The position numbers and the translations under genes are program-made. Source: Candidatus Binatia bacterium (GTDB lineage Bacteria > Desulfobacterota > Binatia > HRBIN30). Taken from it: 64,000 nt of DNA. The notes under the pieces are model-generated. The model saw only the letters and a list, made by a program, of their open reading frames with translations, did not search any database and was not told the DNA's origin. Below, in pieces: positions 61,907 through 64,000 of the stretch. Location: positions 1 through 64,000 of the forward strand of contig JBBRSP010000029.1 of the NCBI GenBank assembly GCA_038245295.1, in the 5' to 3' direction. Position 1 is the first letter of the stretch, and each line of letters begins with the position of its first letter.

Positions 61907-63130
61907 TCAACGACTTCGGACCTCGCCGGCGGTGACCCGCCAGGCAACAAAGAATGACGTTGCCAGCAGAGCCGCGGCGACAAAAAACGGCGAGCCGGGA
62001 AGTTGGATGGCACTTGCCGGATCGATGAAGTGGGCAAATGTCAGGGTGAACAGCCCAGGGCCGATCATGCCGGCAACGCCGCGCAAGCTGCTAAGGGCGC
62101 CTTGGAGTCGACCATGTTCACTGGCGCCGACACGGCGGGTCATCAGCCCCTGTGCGGCTGGCCCGGCCATACTCCACAAGCCGACCATCGGAATGCCGAG
62201 GAACACCATCCAGCCGACATAAGCGAACGCGTAGGTAGCAAAGCCGGCGGCGCCGAAGAGCAGCGCGGTTAGAAGAGCGACACGTTCGCCGACACGCCCG
62301 ACGATGGGCCGGATCAGCCCGCCGGACACGATCATGCTCGACGTGCCTACGGCTGCCATCATCAGGCCGACCATGCGGGTGTCCCAGCCATAGCGGTACG
62401 ACGCATAGAGCACGAACATGCTCGGCAGAGATTCGTGCGCGATGTATCCGAAGAACAACACGAACGCCAAGCCGAGCACCTGGCGGTTGGAGCGCAGGAG
62501 TGTCAGTGAGCCGAACGCGTTGGCGCGGCGCCACTGAAAGGGCGCGCGGTTCTCAGGCTTCAGCGATTCTGGCAGTACGAACGTGCCATACATGGCATTG
62601 GCGAGACTCAGCCCGCCGGCTACCCAGAACGGCACACGCGGTCCCCAGGCTCCGAGGATGCCACCGACGGCGGGCCCGAGAATGAATCCGATGCCGAAGG
62701 CGGCACCGAGCATGCCGAACCTGGCGGCGCGATCTTGGGGCGGGGTGACGTCGGCAATATACGCGCCGGCCGTCGCGAACGTTGCTGCGGTGATTCCGGA
62801 AACGACTCGACCGACAAACAGCCACGCCAGCGTCGGCGCGTTGGCCATCAAGAGATAATCGAGACCGAGGCCGAAGTTCGACAACAACACGACCGGTCGT
62901 CTTCCAAAACGATCCGAAAGGGACCCGAGGACCGGCGAGAAGATGAACTGCATCAGCGCCCAGGCTGTGCCGAAGACGCCCAACGTCTCGGCGGCGCGCG
63001 CCGTGTTGCCGTCGACAAACGTCTCGACGAGCTTTGGCAACACCGGGACGATCATCCCAAGCGCCAACATGTCGAGTACGACCGTGATGAAGATGAAGAT
63101 GAAGGCGGCGCGTCGTGGGGATTCTGCCAT
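61907..63130 (-). CDS. TCR/Tet-family MFS transporter
   Basis: [34 protein letters not shown]; 12 TM segments. Confidence 0.92.
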   Translation of the reverse strand: MAESPRRAAFIFIFITVVLDMLALGMIVPVLPKLVETFVDGNTARAAETLGVFGTAWALMQFIFSPVLGSLSDRFGRRPVVLLSNFGLGLDYLLMANAPTLAWLFVGRVVSGITAATFATAGAYIADVTPPQDRAARFGMLGAAFGIGFILGPAVGGILGAWGPRVPFWVAGGLSLANAMYGTFVLPESLKPENRAPFQWRRANAFGSLTLLRSNRQVLGLAFVLFFGYIAHESLPSMFVLYASYRYGWDTRMVGLMMAAVGTSSMIVSGGLIRPIVGRVGERVALLTALLFGAAGFATYAFAYVGWMVFLGIPMVGLWSMAGPAAQGLMTRRVGASEHGRLQGALSSLRGVAGMIGPGLFTLTFAHFIDPASAIQLPGSPFFVAAALLATSFFVAWRVTAGEVRSR

Positions 63131-63242
63131 GGTGCGATGCGCGGTCATACGTCAGCCGCGCCCGTGGCTCAAGGCACCGTATGAGAGCGCGCACCTTGGC
63201 GTTGTCGCGGCAGCGAGTTATCGCCCCGCCATCGGAGGATCG

Positions 63243-64000
63243 ATGATGAGCTTCTACCGCGTGCACGGAATGATGCAGTCCTACTTCACCCGCAAGATGA
63301 CGGGCTACCTCGACTACAAACAGATCCCGTGGCGTTTCTGTCGCTTCTTCGGCATCAGTCCCGAGGCCAATGCCGCCGGCTGGCCGGGCGGCGTACCGCC
63401 GATGCAGACCCCGGACGGGACCTGGATGTGGGACACCACGGCGATGATCCTGCACCTCGAAACGCGCCACCCGGATCCGTCGGTGATACCGTCGGATCCC
63501 GTCGCGGCGTTCCTCTCGTACCTCGTCGAAGACTATTCGGACGAGTGGCTATATCGCCCTGCCGTCGGGTCGCGTTGGCACTTCAGCGAGAACTCAAGCG
63601 TCGGCGGCTTCGAGCTGGCGCGCGATATGTCGATGACCGCACCGCTGGCCGCCGATCAGCTGTTCGCCATGGTGGGTGCCCACGTCAGCGCCAGTTGCCC
63701 ACCGATCGGTGTTACGGCCGAGACGATTCAGTCGTGGATCGACGAAGTTCTACGCCCATGGATGCGCTGTGCCGGTGCTTTGTTCCAGGTTCGCCCGTAT
63801 CTGCTCGGCGCACGGCCCTGTCTTGCCGACTTCGCCATCTTCGGTGGCGCCGCAGCGCACTTCATCAACGATCCGTTATGCCGGCGCTGGGCCGACGCGG
63901 ATGGCCCCGGGTTGGTGCAACACACACATCGCCTTTTCGAGCCCTTCCAGCAGGTCTTTGGTGATTGGGCCGATGCCGACGATGTTCCTGCGGACCTGAT
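63243..64000 (+). CDS. Glutathione S-transferase family protein (runs off the window end)
   Basis: GGAGG RBS; MMSFYRVHGMMQSYFTRKMTGYLDYK...VPPMQTPDGTWMWDTTAMI...EDYSDEWLYRP...PYLLGARPCLADFAIFG. No stop before 64000, so absent from the ORF track. Confidence 0.82.
   Translation, partial: MMSFYRVHGMMQSYFTRKMTGYLDYKQIPWRFCRFFGISPEANAAGWPGGVPPMQTPDGTWMWDTTAMILHLETRHPDPSVIPSDPVAAFLSYLVEDYSDEWLYRPAVGSRWHFSENSSVGGFELARDMSMTAPLAADQLFAMVGAHVSASCPPIGVTAETIQSWIDEVLRPWMRCAGALFQVRPYLLGARPCLADFAIFGGAAAHFINDPLCRRWADADGPGLVQHTHRLFEPFQQVFGDWADADDVPADL

Noticed and set aside
63329..63999. Listed plus-strand ORFs of 211 aa and 107 aa
   Set aside because: Alternative frames over the open GST frame starting at 63243.

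Overview
High-GC bacterial chromosomal window. A CxGDC...VTIDELV dockerin-like domain and the gene mix suggest a Candidatus Binatia or deltaproteobacterium-like host (inference). Left end (1-7.6 kb): der GTPase, DoxX, a PpiC-type chaperone, enoyl-CoA hydratase, a C69 peptidase and a lipoprotein hydrolase. A ~25 kb all-minus-strand accessory block (7.8-33.2 kb) follows. It holds a complete Na+-type N-ATPase operon (atpDCQRBEFAG, with a DUF2934-like module on subunit b and shared KPEAKAEP tails on alpha and beta), an extra AtpZ, a LolA-like protein, two GH144-like glucanases, an NhaP antiporter, a TIGR00341 protein, phosphoketolase, a CusCBA-type RND pump, PPK2, a general-stress protein and three gene remnants (pgm, DUF5676, a second stress protein). 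Next come a Phd/zeta-like toxin-antitoxin pair, a PRPP synthetase / beta-CASP nuclease / AMP-phosphorylase-like operon, a Crp/Fnr regulator and catabolic genes. A signalling locus follows: a membrane histidine kinase coupled to an Lnt acyltransferase, a sensor-less kinase, a sigma54 activator and a LuxR-type regulator, with two near-identical sigma54 promoter/enhancer architectures and a three-level nested MITE/REP insertion. Then comes a 1956-aa secreted ORF with an internal Cys-TM-RRR sorting signal followed directly by a second signal peptide (possible polyprotein). The window ends with an amidase, a P450, a Tet-like MFS and a partial GST. No rRNA, tRNA, CRISPR array, transposase or integrase was recognised. 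All family calls come from motif recognition by eye; no searches were run.
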